Assembly: GCA_937927515.1 (NCBI GenBank)
Contig: CALBDO010000019.1
Location: forward strand, 2,313 to 66,312
DNA: 64,000 nucleotides
Direction: 5' to 3'
From: Candidatus Kapaibacterium sp.
GTDB lineage: Bacteria > Bacteroidota > Ignavibacteria > Kapaibacteriales > UBA2268
The position numbers and the translations under genes were made by a program. The notes beneath the pieces were generated by a model, which saw nothing but the letters and a program-made list of their open reading frames with translations, ran no database searches and was not told the origin of the DNA. Shown piece by piece: positions 29,303 to 38,608 of this stretch. Every line of letters begins with the position of its first letter. The first letter of the stretch is position 1.

Positions 29303-30973
29303 CTAATCCTCGAAGACTTCTCCAATATCCTTGAGTCTTCTAGGTCCAGATTCAATGACCTCTCTTGGGCAACCATCAGCAAATAGTTTGAAATTTTCGA
29401 TATAGCGTGCTGCAAGGCTATCATATCTTTGCCAATATTCGTTCTTGTTCCCCCAAGAGCTTGATGGTTTCAAAACATCATCGGGGACACCTGGGCAATG
29501 CAGTGGTACTTCGAAACCAAAAAGCTTATCTTTACGATAAGGTACATCTTCGAGCAATCCATCTAAAGCAGCATTCAAGAGTGTTCTTGTATGTCTTATA
29601 CTAATCCTTTTGCCAACACCAAATTTACCACCAACCCAGCCAGTATTAACAAGCCAGCATTTTGCGTTGTGTTTCACCATTTTCTCTTTTAATAAATTCG
29701 CATAGTAGAAGGGATGATGTACCATAAACGGTGCCCCAAAACAAGCAGAGAATGTAATTTCTGGCTCAATACCAAGACCTATTTCGGTTCCAGCAATTTT
29801 CGATGTATATCCACTTATAAAATGATACATAGCTTGGTTCATATCCAAGCGGGCTATTGGTGGTAAAACACCAGAAGCGTCGCAAGTCAAGAAGATTACA
29901 TTCTTGGGGTGTTCACGCACCATCTTCTCTTCCACAACGTTTGGAATAAACTCCAACGGGTACGACGCTCTTGTATTTTCGGTAAAATGGTCATCATCTA
30001 AATCTACATTACGAGTTACTGGGTCGTAAACGACGTTTTCAAGTATTGTTCCGAAGCGGCGGGTAGCAGCCCAAATTTGTGGTTCGTGTTCTGCAGAGAG
30101 CCTAATTACCTTTGCGTAGCAGCCACCTTCGAAATTAAAAACACCATCATCGCTCCAGCCATGTTCATCATCTCCAATGAGTCTTCTATTTGGGTCTGCA
30201 GAGAGTGTTGTTTTACCAGTACCACTAAGTCCAAAGAACAAGGCAACATCCCCCTTTTTGCCAACATTAGCTGAACAATGCATTGCCATAACATTTTGCA
30301 TTGGCAAAAGGAAATTCATTATCGTAAAAATTGATTTTTTTATTTCACCACCATAGCTTGAACCCAGAACCAAAGCCAATCGTGCTCCAAAATTAATTAT
30401 TATAGCGGTTTCAGTGCGTGTACCATCAACCCTTGGGTCGCAGCGAAAAGATGGAGCTGCTATTAGTGTAAACTCGGGTACGTGCCGCTTATAATCATCT
30501 TGAGTTTTGGGAAGAAGAAACATATTACGAGCAAACAAACTTTGCCAAGCGCTATCTGTAATCACTCGAATTGGCATACGGTAGTTTGGGTCTGCCCCGA
30601 CATAACAATCTTGAACAAAAAGTTCCTCACCCTCCAAAAAAGCCAGCAATCGATAAAGTAAAGCATAAAACTTTTCGGGCGGGAATGGTCTATTATAGAC
30701 TCCCCACCAAATTTTATCTGCAGTTGTAGGCTCGTAGACTATAAATTTATCATTTGCGGCACGAGCAGTCCACTTGCCAGTATAAACCAGTAAAGGTCCA
30801 CCATTTACTATATGGCCTTCACCTCGAAACACTGCTTCTTCGTAGAGCGCTGGTGTTGGTAGATTCCAAAAAACTCTGTCTAAATTAATAAAACCATGAT
30901 TTGACAATTTAAACTCGCTTGCCAATGCATTTGCATGCTTTGTTGCTGGTGTTTCAAATTCTAAATATTTCAT
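29303..30973 (-). CDS. pckA: Phosphoenolpyruvate carboxykinase (ATP)
   Basis: YGGEIKKSIF, FFGLSGTGKTTLS, IGDDEHGW, FEGGCYAK and ENTRASYP. ATG overlaps the upstream stop (ATGA). Confidence 0.97.
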   Translation of the reverse strand: MKYLEFETPATKHANALASEFKLSNHGFINLDRVFWNLPTPALYEEAVFRGEGHIVNGGPLLVYTGKWTARAANDKFIVYEPTTADKIWWGVYNRPFPPEKFYALLYRLLAFLEGEELFVQDCYVGADPNYRMPIRVITDSAWQSLFARNMFLLPKTQDDYKRHVPEFTLIAAPSFRCDPRVDGTRTETAIIINFGARLALVLGSSYGGEIKKSIFTIMNFLLPMQNVMAMHCSANVGKKGDVALFFGLSGTGKTTLSADPNRRLIGDDEHGWSDDGVFNFEGGCYAKVIRLSAEHEPQIWAATRRFGTILENVVYDPVTRNVDLDDDHFTENTRASYPLEFIPNVVEEKMVREHPKNVIFLTCDASGVLPPIARLDMNQAMYHFISGYTSKIAGTEIGLGIEPEITFSACFGAPFMVHHPFYYANLLKEKMVKHNAKCWLVNTGWVGGKFGVGKRISIRHTRTLLNAALDGLLEDVPYRKDKLFGFEVPLHCPGVPDDVLKPSSSWGNKNEYWQRYDSLAARYIENFKLFADGCPREVIESGPRRLKDIGEVFED

Positions 30974-32187
30974 AACCAATCCCTTATTAATTTCCTTTCA
31001 CCTATATATAGTTCATTGGGAGAATCTGGGTCTAATGCCCATTTTATTCTTTCTACTCCTTCTGTAATATCCTTGACAGAACCACAAGTGGAAAGACGCA
31101 ACCAGCCATCGAGACCAAATTCAATGCCAGGAACAGTAAGAACACGAACTTTATCCAACAAAAACTGGGATAATTTGATAGAGTCTTTCATATAATAACT
31201 AAAATCTGCAAAGCAATAAAAGGTACCATCTGGTTTAAAAGCTTTCACACCTTTAAAAGCATTGAGTCTTTCCAAAAGAATGTTTCGATTGTTTTCTAGA
31301 GTAACTCTCAAACTTTCAACTTGCGTCTGAGGTCCATTCAAAGCTGCAGCAGCAGCAACTTGGGTAACTACAGATGGCCCTGATGTTTGATGGGCTTGGA
31401 TATTGGTCATAGCTTCAATTAATTTACGATTAGCAACAGCCCATCCAATTCTAAAGCCCGTCATAGCATACATTTTCGAAACGCCATTAACAACTATAAG
31501 TTTGGAATTTTCACTTAAGTCTTTGGCATACTTGTAGCAATTAATTGGTTTGCGTCCATCAAAAATTAGCCTGTGATAAATATCGTCCATAATTAAATAT
31601 AATCCGCGTCTTTCACAAAAATCAACAATTTCGGCAATAAGGTTTTCTGAATACATTGCCCCAGTGGGATTATTTGGACTATTGATAATCACAGCTTTGG
31701 TGTACGAAGTCACTCGCTCTTCAATGTCTTCTAGCCTTGGATAAAATGTACCATCTTCTGAAAAAACTGGAACAGGTACTCCACCACAAAGTTTAACCAT
31801 CTCGGGGTAACTTACCCAATATGGGGCAGGGAATATGACCTCCTCTTGTGGATTCAAAATAGCCTGTAGACATACCATAATAGCTTGCTTTGCTCCACTG
31901 GAAGCAATTACATTTTCTGGTGCAACTAATCTGTCGTAGTACTCTTCCGTATAGCGAATTATGGCTTTTTTTAGAGACGGTATTCCATCTGCAGGAGTAT
32001 ACCGGACTTCTCCAGAATTGATTAAATTTGCAGCTGCTACGAGAGCTTCCAATGGAGCTTTACTTTTGGGTTCGCCACCACCAAGGTGAATAACTGGTTC
32101 ACCCTTTTCTCTCAAGATTGCTGCTATCTCGTTAAGCCTCAATGTTGCAGAGGCTTTAATTGTCTTACCAATTAAACTTAAACTCAT
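30970..32187 (-). CDS. Class I/II PLP-dependent aminotransferase (aspartate aminotransferase type)
   Basis: YTPADGIPSLKKAI, GAKQAI, PYWVSY, NSPNNPTG, DDIY, and the PLP-Lys motif SKMYAMTGFRIGW. Confidence 0.93.
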   Translation of the reverse strand: MSLSLIGKTIKASATLRLNEIAAILREKGEPVIHLGGGEPKSKAPLEALVAAANLINSGEVRYTPADGIPSLKKAIIRYTEEYYDRLVAPENVIASSGAKQAIMVCLQAILNPQEEVIFPAPYWVSYPEMVKLCGGVPVPVFSEDGTFYPRLEDIEERVTSYTKAVIINSPNNPTGAMYSENLIAEIVDFCERRGLYLIMDDIYHRLIFDGRKPINCYKYAKDLSENSKLIVVNGVSKMYAMTGFRIGWAVANRKLIEAMTNIQAHQTSGPSVVTQVAAAAALNGPQTQVESLRVTLENNRNILLERLNAFKGVKAFKPDGTFYCFADFSYYMKDSIKLSQFLLDKVRVLTVPGIEFGLDGWLRLSTCGSVKDITEGVERIKWALDPDSPNELYIGERKLIRDWL

Positions 32188-32351
32188 TCTTTTTCACCGT
32201 AGTTTTTGATTTAATACGTATAAAAAAACAAAATTCCAAAAAAACAAAGAGAAAAACAAACAAAAAGACTCTATAAAAAAATTTTGTTTTTAAAAAATTT
32301 TTTAAATTGATATTTTGTAAAATGCAAAATGTTCCAAAATTTGGAGTTTCA

Positions 32352-32924
32352 ATGACTTTTAAAACTGTTCTCCTCGTGTTTTTTCTCATTGTTTATCCTT
32401 CTTTTAGCTCTCCATTTTACCTCTTCCTCGGCGGCACAAACATTATACCAACTGGAAAATTTAAAGAAATAAACAAAACCTCCCTCGGCTTCAACATTTC
32501 TTTCCAAGAGCGTTCGTTCTGTAATTTGTGGTATGGCTTTCGCATCGACGTTTCTAGACTTGACTCTCTTGAAAGCGTTCCTATCAACACGAATTACTTC
32601 GACTCGTACTTGTTGTTCTCTCCTGAAATTAGGTACGTATTTCTCCTATCGGAAAAAAACAAATACGACGACACATTTTATCTTTTCCTTCAAGGACTTT
32701 TACACTTCTCGTCTATTACTCGAAGACAAGAAATTGATGAAAGCAATTTAGGAGTTGGTGCTTCACTAGGCACTGGGATTGGTTTCTGCTTTAAACTGTT
32801 CAAAACTTGCTGGGCCGTTGAAATCGATGGCAAATATTCTGCACCAAACTCCATTCTCAAATCCAAACAAAGACCATCTCTAACAAATTATAACTTCAGT
32901 CTCACATTAGGAGTCAATTTATGA
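32352..32924 (+). CDS. Small outer-membrane beta-barrel protein (about 8 strands)
   Basis: Signal peptide, alternating amphipathic strands, and the C-terminal YNFSLTLGVNL. Start moved to MTFK after a GGAG RBS. Confidence 0.7.
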   Translation: MTFKTVLLVFFLIVYPSFSSPFYLFLGGTNIIPTGKFKEINKTSLGFNISFQERSFCNLWYGFRIDVSRLDSLESVPINTNYFDSYLLFSPEIRYVFLLSEKNKYDDTFYLFLQGLLHFSSITRRQEIDESNLGVGASLGTGIGFCFKLFKTCWAVEIDGKYSAPNSILKSKQRPSLTNYNFSLTLGVNL

Positions 32925-34132
32925 AGAATTTTATACTTTCTCTGATGATTATTTCATTACTTATACTTGGTTCATCTTGTAGAACCATTCAACGTAACGA
33001 TGATGCTCTAAGAATAAAAAAGGACTCGGCCTTTAAATACACTGTTTACCCGTATAATCTGAACATAATCCGCAATGGAAATACGCTTCGGGGAATGGTT
33101 TTAAGACTTGAAACTGTAATGGTGCCAGACAGTTGCGTGGATAATAAAGAGCCAAATTACAAGATCGAAAATCGTGTTGCATTTCTCGATGCAAAAGCAA
33201 GCGATTTAAGATTTGTTGAATATATACCTTTTGATGACGTTGACTTTATTGGGCCTAAATTTGAGCAACCAATCAATGTATTTGAAGATTACAATTATCC
33301 CCTTGAACCTAAGAAATTTAGATTGGTACCTTGGGACACTTTCAAAGTTGAATGCCACGAGTGCAATTGTACTCCCTTCTCATTATCCCTTAAATTGCCC
33401 TCCTTACCATGTATTATTTGCTTTAAATGTCCTGCGAGGATTTGTAAATGGTATTTTATAGAAGTAAGAGCAGGTTATTCAACATACCGTGACAAGATTT
33501 CTCCTTTTAACTCTGTTTGGAAAGATGGTTATTACGGCGAGACTGCCTTTGGAATTAGATTTGGTTATCGCAAGCAATATGGAATCGGAGTACTTCTCTC
33601 AACTGGTTTACCAATTTATAATTCTTTTACTAGTGAGGAAAAGATTAGACCATTAGCACTTTTACACTTCCGCTGGGACCCCTTTAAAAATTGTTGCAAA
33701 CCGCGTGAAAAAACTTTACTTATTAAAGTCCAGGAAAAAGGATGTGATTGTCCCGAAGAGTGTATCGAGGAGGAGAAAAAAGAAAAGTTGGAATTACCCC
33801 ATGAAAAATGCTTCAAGCCTTACTTTTTCGTTCAAAGTGGGATACCACTGGACCAATTCTCTATCGACCTCTTTAAGTTAAACATTTCTCGCTCTGATTG
33901 CAAAGAAAAAGTTAATGCGTCTGCTCCTTATTTGAACGTCAAAACTGTTCCTGTGACATTTACAATTGGTGCTGGGATAGATTACCCAATCTCCTCACAT
34001 ATAGACATCTCAATCGATGCTGGTTGGCGGAGCTACGCTTTTGGAGAGAGCCAAGCATTGCTCGGTTTTTCCAATGTTCCTTCGTACAGAAGAATCAATA
34101 TGTTTTTCATTAGAGCTGGTATAACTTTATAG
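32921..34132 (+). CDS. Cys-rich putative lipoprotein with C-terminal beta-barrel-like domain
   Basis: Lipobox LGSSC, 16 Cys, barrel-like strands (FIEVRAGYS, FTIGAGIDY, ISIDAGWRSY) and C-terminal FFIRAGITL. Confidence 0.65.
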   Translation: MKNFILSLMIISLLILGSSCRTIQRNDDALRIKKDSAFKYTVYPYNLNIIRNGNTLRGMVLRLETVMVPDSCVDNKEPNYKIENRVAFLDAKASDLRFVEYIPFDDVDFIGPKFEQPINVFEDYNYPLEPKKFRLVPWDTFKVECHECNCTPFSLSLKLPSLPCIICFKCPARICKWYFIEVRAGYSTYRDKISPFNSVWKDGYYGETAFGIRFGYRKQYGIGVLLSTGLPIYNSFTSEEKIRPLALLHFRWDPFKNCCKPREKTLLIKVQEKGCDCPEECIEEEKKEKLELPHEKCFKPYFFVQSGIPLDQFSIDLFKLNISRSDCKEKVNASAPYLNVKTVPVTFTIGAGIDYPISSHIDISIDAGWRSYAFGESQALLGFSNVPSYRRINMFFIRAGITL

Positions 34133-34141
34133 GAGAAAAAA

Positions 34142-35017
34142 ATGAAAGCAAAAATCAAAATATTAACGAATTTTGGTTTTCTCATCTACTTTGTCTTTAT
34201 CTTATTTCAATCTTGCGAATGTCCTTTGAAGGAAGCAAATTTGTATTCAAATTGCAAAGTGCGAGAGGCAACAATCACAAAATTTAACCCTAATGGTACA
34301 ATACAACAGGTTTCCAATCCCGATGGAACTTATGATTTGGTTTTTGTTCCAGACTCTTTGTACTCAATACACACGTTCCTTTTTCCATTTGAAGCAAATT
34401 TGTCTGGCTCGTTGGTAAATGATGAAAGATTTGCCAAAAGCTCGACAATTCCCATTGTTAAAATTCCTTTTTCTGATGGTCGACCATATTATATTTCAAT
34501 CTTTGACAATTATCCACAAAATAATGATATGAATGGGGATATCTTACTATATTACGTAGCAGATGATTTCTCTTACGCAGAGATTCGTGTTGCTGGAGAA
34601 TTAGTCAGAATTAATCAAAATTTCAATTCAGAAAATTCATCTGATTTTTGCGACTTCATCAACAATTTTACACGCGACACCGCTGAAATAGCAAGATTGA
34701 AATCGGATTTGAAAAAATTTGGATTAAATGCAAGGAACACTGATAGTTACGCTCAAAATTATACCAGCGGAAATATTGTTGTCCTTGATGTCAACAACAA
34801 CATCGTAGCAAATATTACACCATTACAAACAGACATAGACCAAGCTCTTCAAAAAACAACTAACAAATCAGTTAACGTCCGGGTGAGTATCGGGCAAGTT
34901 TATCTTTATCGTGCCAGAAATGGAAAATATTTCATTTTTGCAATCACAGATATTCGACAAGGAACACTGAGCCCATTCAAACGTAGATTAACAATTATGT
35001 TCAGTGAAGTAAATTAA
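34142..35017 (+). CDS. Uncharacterised lipoprotein
   Basis: Lipobox LFQSC followed by ECP. C-terminal VYLYRARNGKYFIFAITDI beta-hairpin pattern. AGGAG RBS. Confidence 0.65.
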   Translation: MKAKIKILTNFGFLIYFVFILFQSCECPLKEANLYSNCKVREATITKFNPNGTIQQVSNPDGTYDLVFVPDSLYSIHTFLFPFEANLSGSLVNDERFAKSSTIPIVKIPFSDGRPYYISIFDNYPQNNDMNGDILLYYVADDFSYAEIRVAGELVRINQNFNSENSSDFCDFINNFTRDTAEIARLKSDLKKFGLNARNTDSYAQNYTSGNIVVLDVNNNIVANITPLQTDIDQALQKTTNKSVNVRVSIGQVYLYRARNGKYFIFAITDIRQGTLSPFKRRLTIMFSEVN

Positions 35018-35029
35018 TAAGGAGGTTAT

Positions 35030-37714
35030 ATGCACAAATCTTTTTTCCATTTATATATCGTTTTTTTAATACTTTTAATTTCTTGTTCAAAGCCCAACAT
35101 CGTAAGGGAATTACCCGTCGGAAATTTGACTAAAATTTCTGCAAATAATTCACCAAATACAAAAATCGACGATGTAGCACCAATTCAACAACCCAACAAT
35201 TTAGCCTTAATCGACCCCTGCGAAAAGGAAGAAAACTTTGTCGCTTCTGGTATATTTGATGGTATTATGACTTCATCCGAATTTATTAGAAAGACCTTTC
35301 CAGTGACCGACTACAACAGCGAGGCTGTAAATTATTTAACATCTAATGTTGAATCCATTACATTTTTAACAGCGACAGAGGGATACGCTGCTTTTTCGCA
35401 TCCTCCATCCACAAAATACATACAGAAGTATGAACTGCCTCTTGAAGGTTCAATCGGTGGTACAGACATTTTTTACTTTGCACCCAAAGGGTCCAAGATT
35501 TTCTTCACTGTGCTACCCGAGCCAGTTAATTCAGAGTTTTGGGACTCACATCCTTTCGTCACCAATGATATTGTTGGTAATCAACTTCTTATTTGGGCTT
35601 CCGACAGGAAGGATAACAGAAACGGTTTTAGTTTTCCATACCAAAATCAAGGAAATACCGACTTGTACTTTGCTTTTAAAAAACCTTACGAAGACTGGAG
35701 CGAAGTCCAAATTCACAACTTTTCTGAAATATCCCCAGATATAAACACAAAATACTTCGAAGCAACTCCTTTTCTATTTTGTAAATGTTACAATCCAAAA
35801 CTTATTTTTGCTTCTAACCGAGACACGAAAGATTCCACCTACGATATCTTCTATGTAGACCTTGAAATTGATTTCATCAACCAGAAAATCACACAAAAGG
35901 GAAATGTCAAAAAAATTCAAGAAGGTGAAAAGTATATAAATACAACTGCCGATGAACGTTTTCCGTTCATTCCGTATCCACATGTTAGAAAAGCCAACTC
36001 GGAGCTAAACATTTATTTCACCTCGGATAGATATCGCGATTCTGTTGTTTTTAGAACAAAGGACTCCTTGGGTAAAGAAACTCATATAATTTTAAAAAAT
36101 GTCGGTGGATACGACTTATACAGATTTACACTTCAGAACAGAGAATTCACTTGCTCCCCTCCCCCTCCACCTAAACTTTATCTCATAGTACACCTAAACG
36201 AGTATTGCTACGATTTCAATGGCAATTTATCAGACTCCACCATCGATGTTAACGGATTATATTTGATGAACGCAAAAACTTGCTCAGCAAAGACAAAATA
36301 TGAACTTGAACTTGGAACGAAATACAGGCTTGAAGTTAAAGATATTTTTGGTGGTTGCCAATCAAATTGCGATTCATGCTTTTCAACAAGTATAGAATTT
36401 ATTACGCCAAAGAAAATATATCAAGATACAACATTGGAAATGACTCTAAGTAAACATTGTATTAAAAAACCACCAAAAACCGTAAGCTTCTCAATGAAAA
36501 AGGGCTTAGCATTTTTTGTTACTGGTTATTGGTACCCCACTACTATGAGTAATTTACAAGAGCTTTGGCGGCGCTCTGCCAGTGGTTGCCTTACACTGTC
36601 AAATTTCATAGATTCCACAGATTTTAGGCCAGACGAAAGATATTTCTACGTTAGTGCTGCAGAAACAAACGATAAATGGTTAAATACCTACTTCTACCCC
36701 ACAATCGACTCCCTCCTTCAAATATTGGATACATGCTATTCCAATCAAAAGATATTGATAACTGTACATGGATATACAGACCCTTGTCCACTTAGAACTG
36801 TAAGAGACCAGGCTGGAAGAATTATTCAAGATAGCACAAGATTTACCTGCGATGAAAGTTTTATCTTTAAACGCAATGATGTTAGTATCGTTATTCCTCA
36901 AGGGGTACTAATGAAATTCCCAGATTTAAAAACTACCGAGGGTAAACAATTCAAGCCGCCTTTCGGAACTCAACAAGGGAATTACTTGCTTGCCATGCTT
37001 CGAGCATATTTTACAGAACAAACTTTAAGGAACGGTTTTAAAGCAAAATATTCGCAAAATCCTGAAAAAATAATGCTTTTCGAAAAGTATGTAACCTTTT
37101 CTTTAAATGCATACGGGATTTACGATGAACGACCACCATGCCCAGACATTGATAAAGATATTGTAGGAATTGAATTAGCCAACAAGCCATATCCACCTAC
37201 TTTAAATGAACCTTGCAACTTGCCGCATAGTAGAAGAGTGATGATATATGTGGATGTTGTAAACCAGCAACTTTTGGATAAAAGAATCTTTGCAAGGGAG
37301 GAATGTGGAAAATTGAATTATCAAATGTTAGCAATAAAAGAAAAACCCCAAGCTACGCCACCTTCAAAACCGTTTTCAGACGAAGAATTAGCAATAAATC
37401 TTGATACATTAGAAAGTGATTTGCCAAAAACAAATGAAAAGCCCAGAGGATTCATATGTCCGGGTAAATGTTATCGGGTAGTTTATGGTCCAGCAAGAAC
37501 CATCGAGGAATATATTTTCTTGAGCAATTTGTTGCAGTCCCTTGGATTTGAAATCGACGAAGATGAATCAGACAAACTGAAATTAGTCTCCAAAGAAAAA
37601 TTTAATTCAGAAAAAGATGCGATGGAGCTTTTACAAAAGCTTCAAGAGGAATTAAAAAAACTCACACCAATTATCGATATTAAAAGAGTTAAAGCATATA
37701 TAGAGATAATCTAA
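35030..37714 (+). CDS. PorE-like lipoprotein: PD40-type propeller, Ig-like linker, divergent OmpA-like domain, SPOR-like C-terminus
   Basis: Lipobox LISC. PD40-like repeats (WDSHPF...IWASDR, EATPF...IFASNR, ERFPF...YFTSDR). OmpA-like HGYTDP...NYLLAMLRA...SRRV, then YRVVYGP. GGAGG RBS. Confidence 0.7.
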   Translation: MHKSFFHLYIVFLILLISCSKPNIVRELPVGNLTKISANNSPNTKIDDVAPIQQPNNLALIDPCEKEENFVASGIFDGIMTSSEFIRKTFPVTDYNSEAVNYLTSNVESITFLTATEGYAAFSHPPSTKYIQKYELPLEGSIGGTDIFYFAPKGSKIFFTVLPEPVNSEFWDSHPFVTNDIVGNQLLIWASDRKDNRNGFSFPYQNQGNTDLYFAFKKPYEDWSEVQIHNFSEISPDINTKYFEATPFLFCKCYNPKLIFASNRDTKDSTYDIFYVDLEIDFINQKITQKGNVKKIQEGEKYINTTADERFPFIPYPHVRKANSELNIYFTSDRYRDSVVFRTKDSLGKETHIILKNVGGYDLYRFTLQNREFTCSPPPPPKLYLIVHLNEYCYDFNGNLSDSTIDVNGLYLMNAKTCSAKTKYELELGTKYRLEVKDIFGGCQSNCDSCFSTSIEFITPKKIYQDTTLEMTLSKHCIKKPPKTVSFSMKKGLAFFVTGYWYPTTMSNLQELWRRSASGCLTLSNFIDSTDFRPDERYFYVSAAETNDKWLNTYFYPTIDSLLQILDTCYSNQKILITVHGYTDPCPLRTVRDQAGRIIQDSTRFTCDESFIFKRNDVSIVIPQGVLMKFPDLKTTEGKQFKPPFGTQQGNYLLAMLRAYFTEQTLRNGFKAKYSQNPEKIMLFEKYVTFSLNAYGIYDERPPCPDIDKDIVGIELANKPYPPTLNEPCNLPHSRRVMIYVDVVNQQLLDKRIFAREECGKLNYQMLAIKEKPQATPPSKPFSDEELAINLDTLESDLPKTNEKPRGFICPGKCYRVVYGPARTIEEYIFLSNLLQSLGFEIDEDESDKLKLVSKEKFNSEKDAMELLQKLQEELKKLTPIIDIKRVKAYIEII

Positions 37715-37734
37715 TTTTTTTTAAATCATGTTTC

Positions 37735-37773
37735 AAGCTGAACAAGGAATTTCCTTGTTCAGCTTTAATTTTT
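37735..37773 (+). terminator. Rho-independent terminator closing the 32352-37714 operon
   Basis: Perfect inverted repeat aagctgaacaagg-aattt-ccttgttcagctt (13-bp stem, 15-nt complementary arms) followed by taattttt, 20 nt after the stop. Confidence 0.88.
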
Positions 37774-37817
37774 AAGTAAATTTTTTTTATATTCCTTTTT
37801 TGAACATAGAGTGAAAT

Positions 37818-38225
37818 ATGAAAAAATTCTTTCAGGAATTTAAAAATTTTGCATTGCGTGGAAATGCCATTGATATGGCAATTGGTATCATTTTGGGCAC
37901 TGCATTTGGTAAAATTGTATCTTCAATCGTTAATGACATTATTATGCCCCCAATAGGCCTATTGCTCGGTGGAATGAATTTCACAGATATTAGGATTATT
38001 CTTCAATCTGCAACAGAAACGAAACCGACAGTAGCATTGAATATTGGAAATTTTGTGCAGGTTCTTGTGGATTTTATCATCATCGCACTTGCAATTTTTA
38101 CTATCGTTAAATCTCTTAACATTTTGAAAAGAAAACAAGAAGCAATACCACAACCACCACCAACACCAACCAAAACCGAGATACTTTTAGAAGAGATAAG
38201 GGATATTTTAAAAAAAGAAAGATAA
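37818..38225 (+). CDS. mscL: Large-conductance mechanosensitive channel
   Basis: EFKNFALRGNAIDMAIGIILG, IVNDIIMPPIG and LLEEIRDIL. Confidence 0.97.
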   Translation: MKKFFQEFKNFALRGNAIDMAIGIILGTAFGKIVSSIVNDIIMPPIGLLLGGMNFTDIRIILQSATETKPTVALNIGNFVQVLVDFIIIALAIFTIVKSLNILKRKQEAIPQPPPTPTKTEILLEEIRDILKKER

Positions 38226-38299
38226 GAATTATATAGATTTTATGCTATAACTCGGTGTGTAGATTTAGTAAGAAAGTTTTTCAAAAAATATTATCTTAA

Positions 38300-38608
38300 T
38301 TATTCTTGTTGGTTTTTGTCTTTATCCTTTAATATAATTATTTCTAAAAAAGGAGATAAAAACTTTCCTTCTTTTTCTACAAATTCACGCACTTTTGGCT
38401 TTAGATAAGTTTCATCCAAATAAGAATACAAAATATTCGATAAAATTGAAAGATGGTTTTCGACTGGAAGGTTCTTATTGAGCACAATGATTTTTTCATT
38501 TTTAAAAAGACAAGCCCCACCAGCAAAATTACCATTATCACGTCGAATTTTAAACCCTATAGATTTTAAAGCTTCCAACATTTCATTAAATAATTCTTTG
38601 CTCTTCAT
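38300..38608 (-). CDS. Hypothetical protein (weak resemblance to the IrrE/ImmA N-terminal region, no HExxH)
   Basis: GFKIRRDNGNFAGGACLFKNEKIIVLNKNLP pattern. Third gene of the ligA run. Confidence 0.55.
   Translation of the reverse strand: MKSKELFNEMLEALKSIGFKIRRDNGNFAGGACLFKNEKIIVLNKNLPVENHLSILSNILYSYLDETYLKPKVREFVEKEGKFLSPFLEIIILKDKDKNQQE

Noticed and set aside
32921-34132. Multiheme cytochrome interpretation of the Cys-rich protein
   Set aside because: No CxxCH motifs. ECHEC has His inside the CxxC, not after it.
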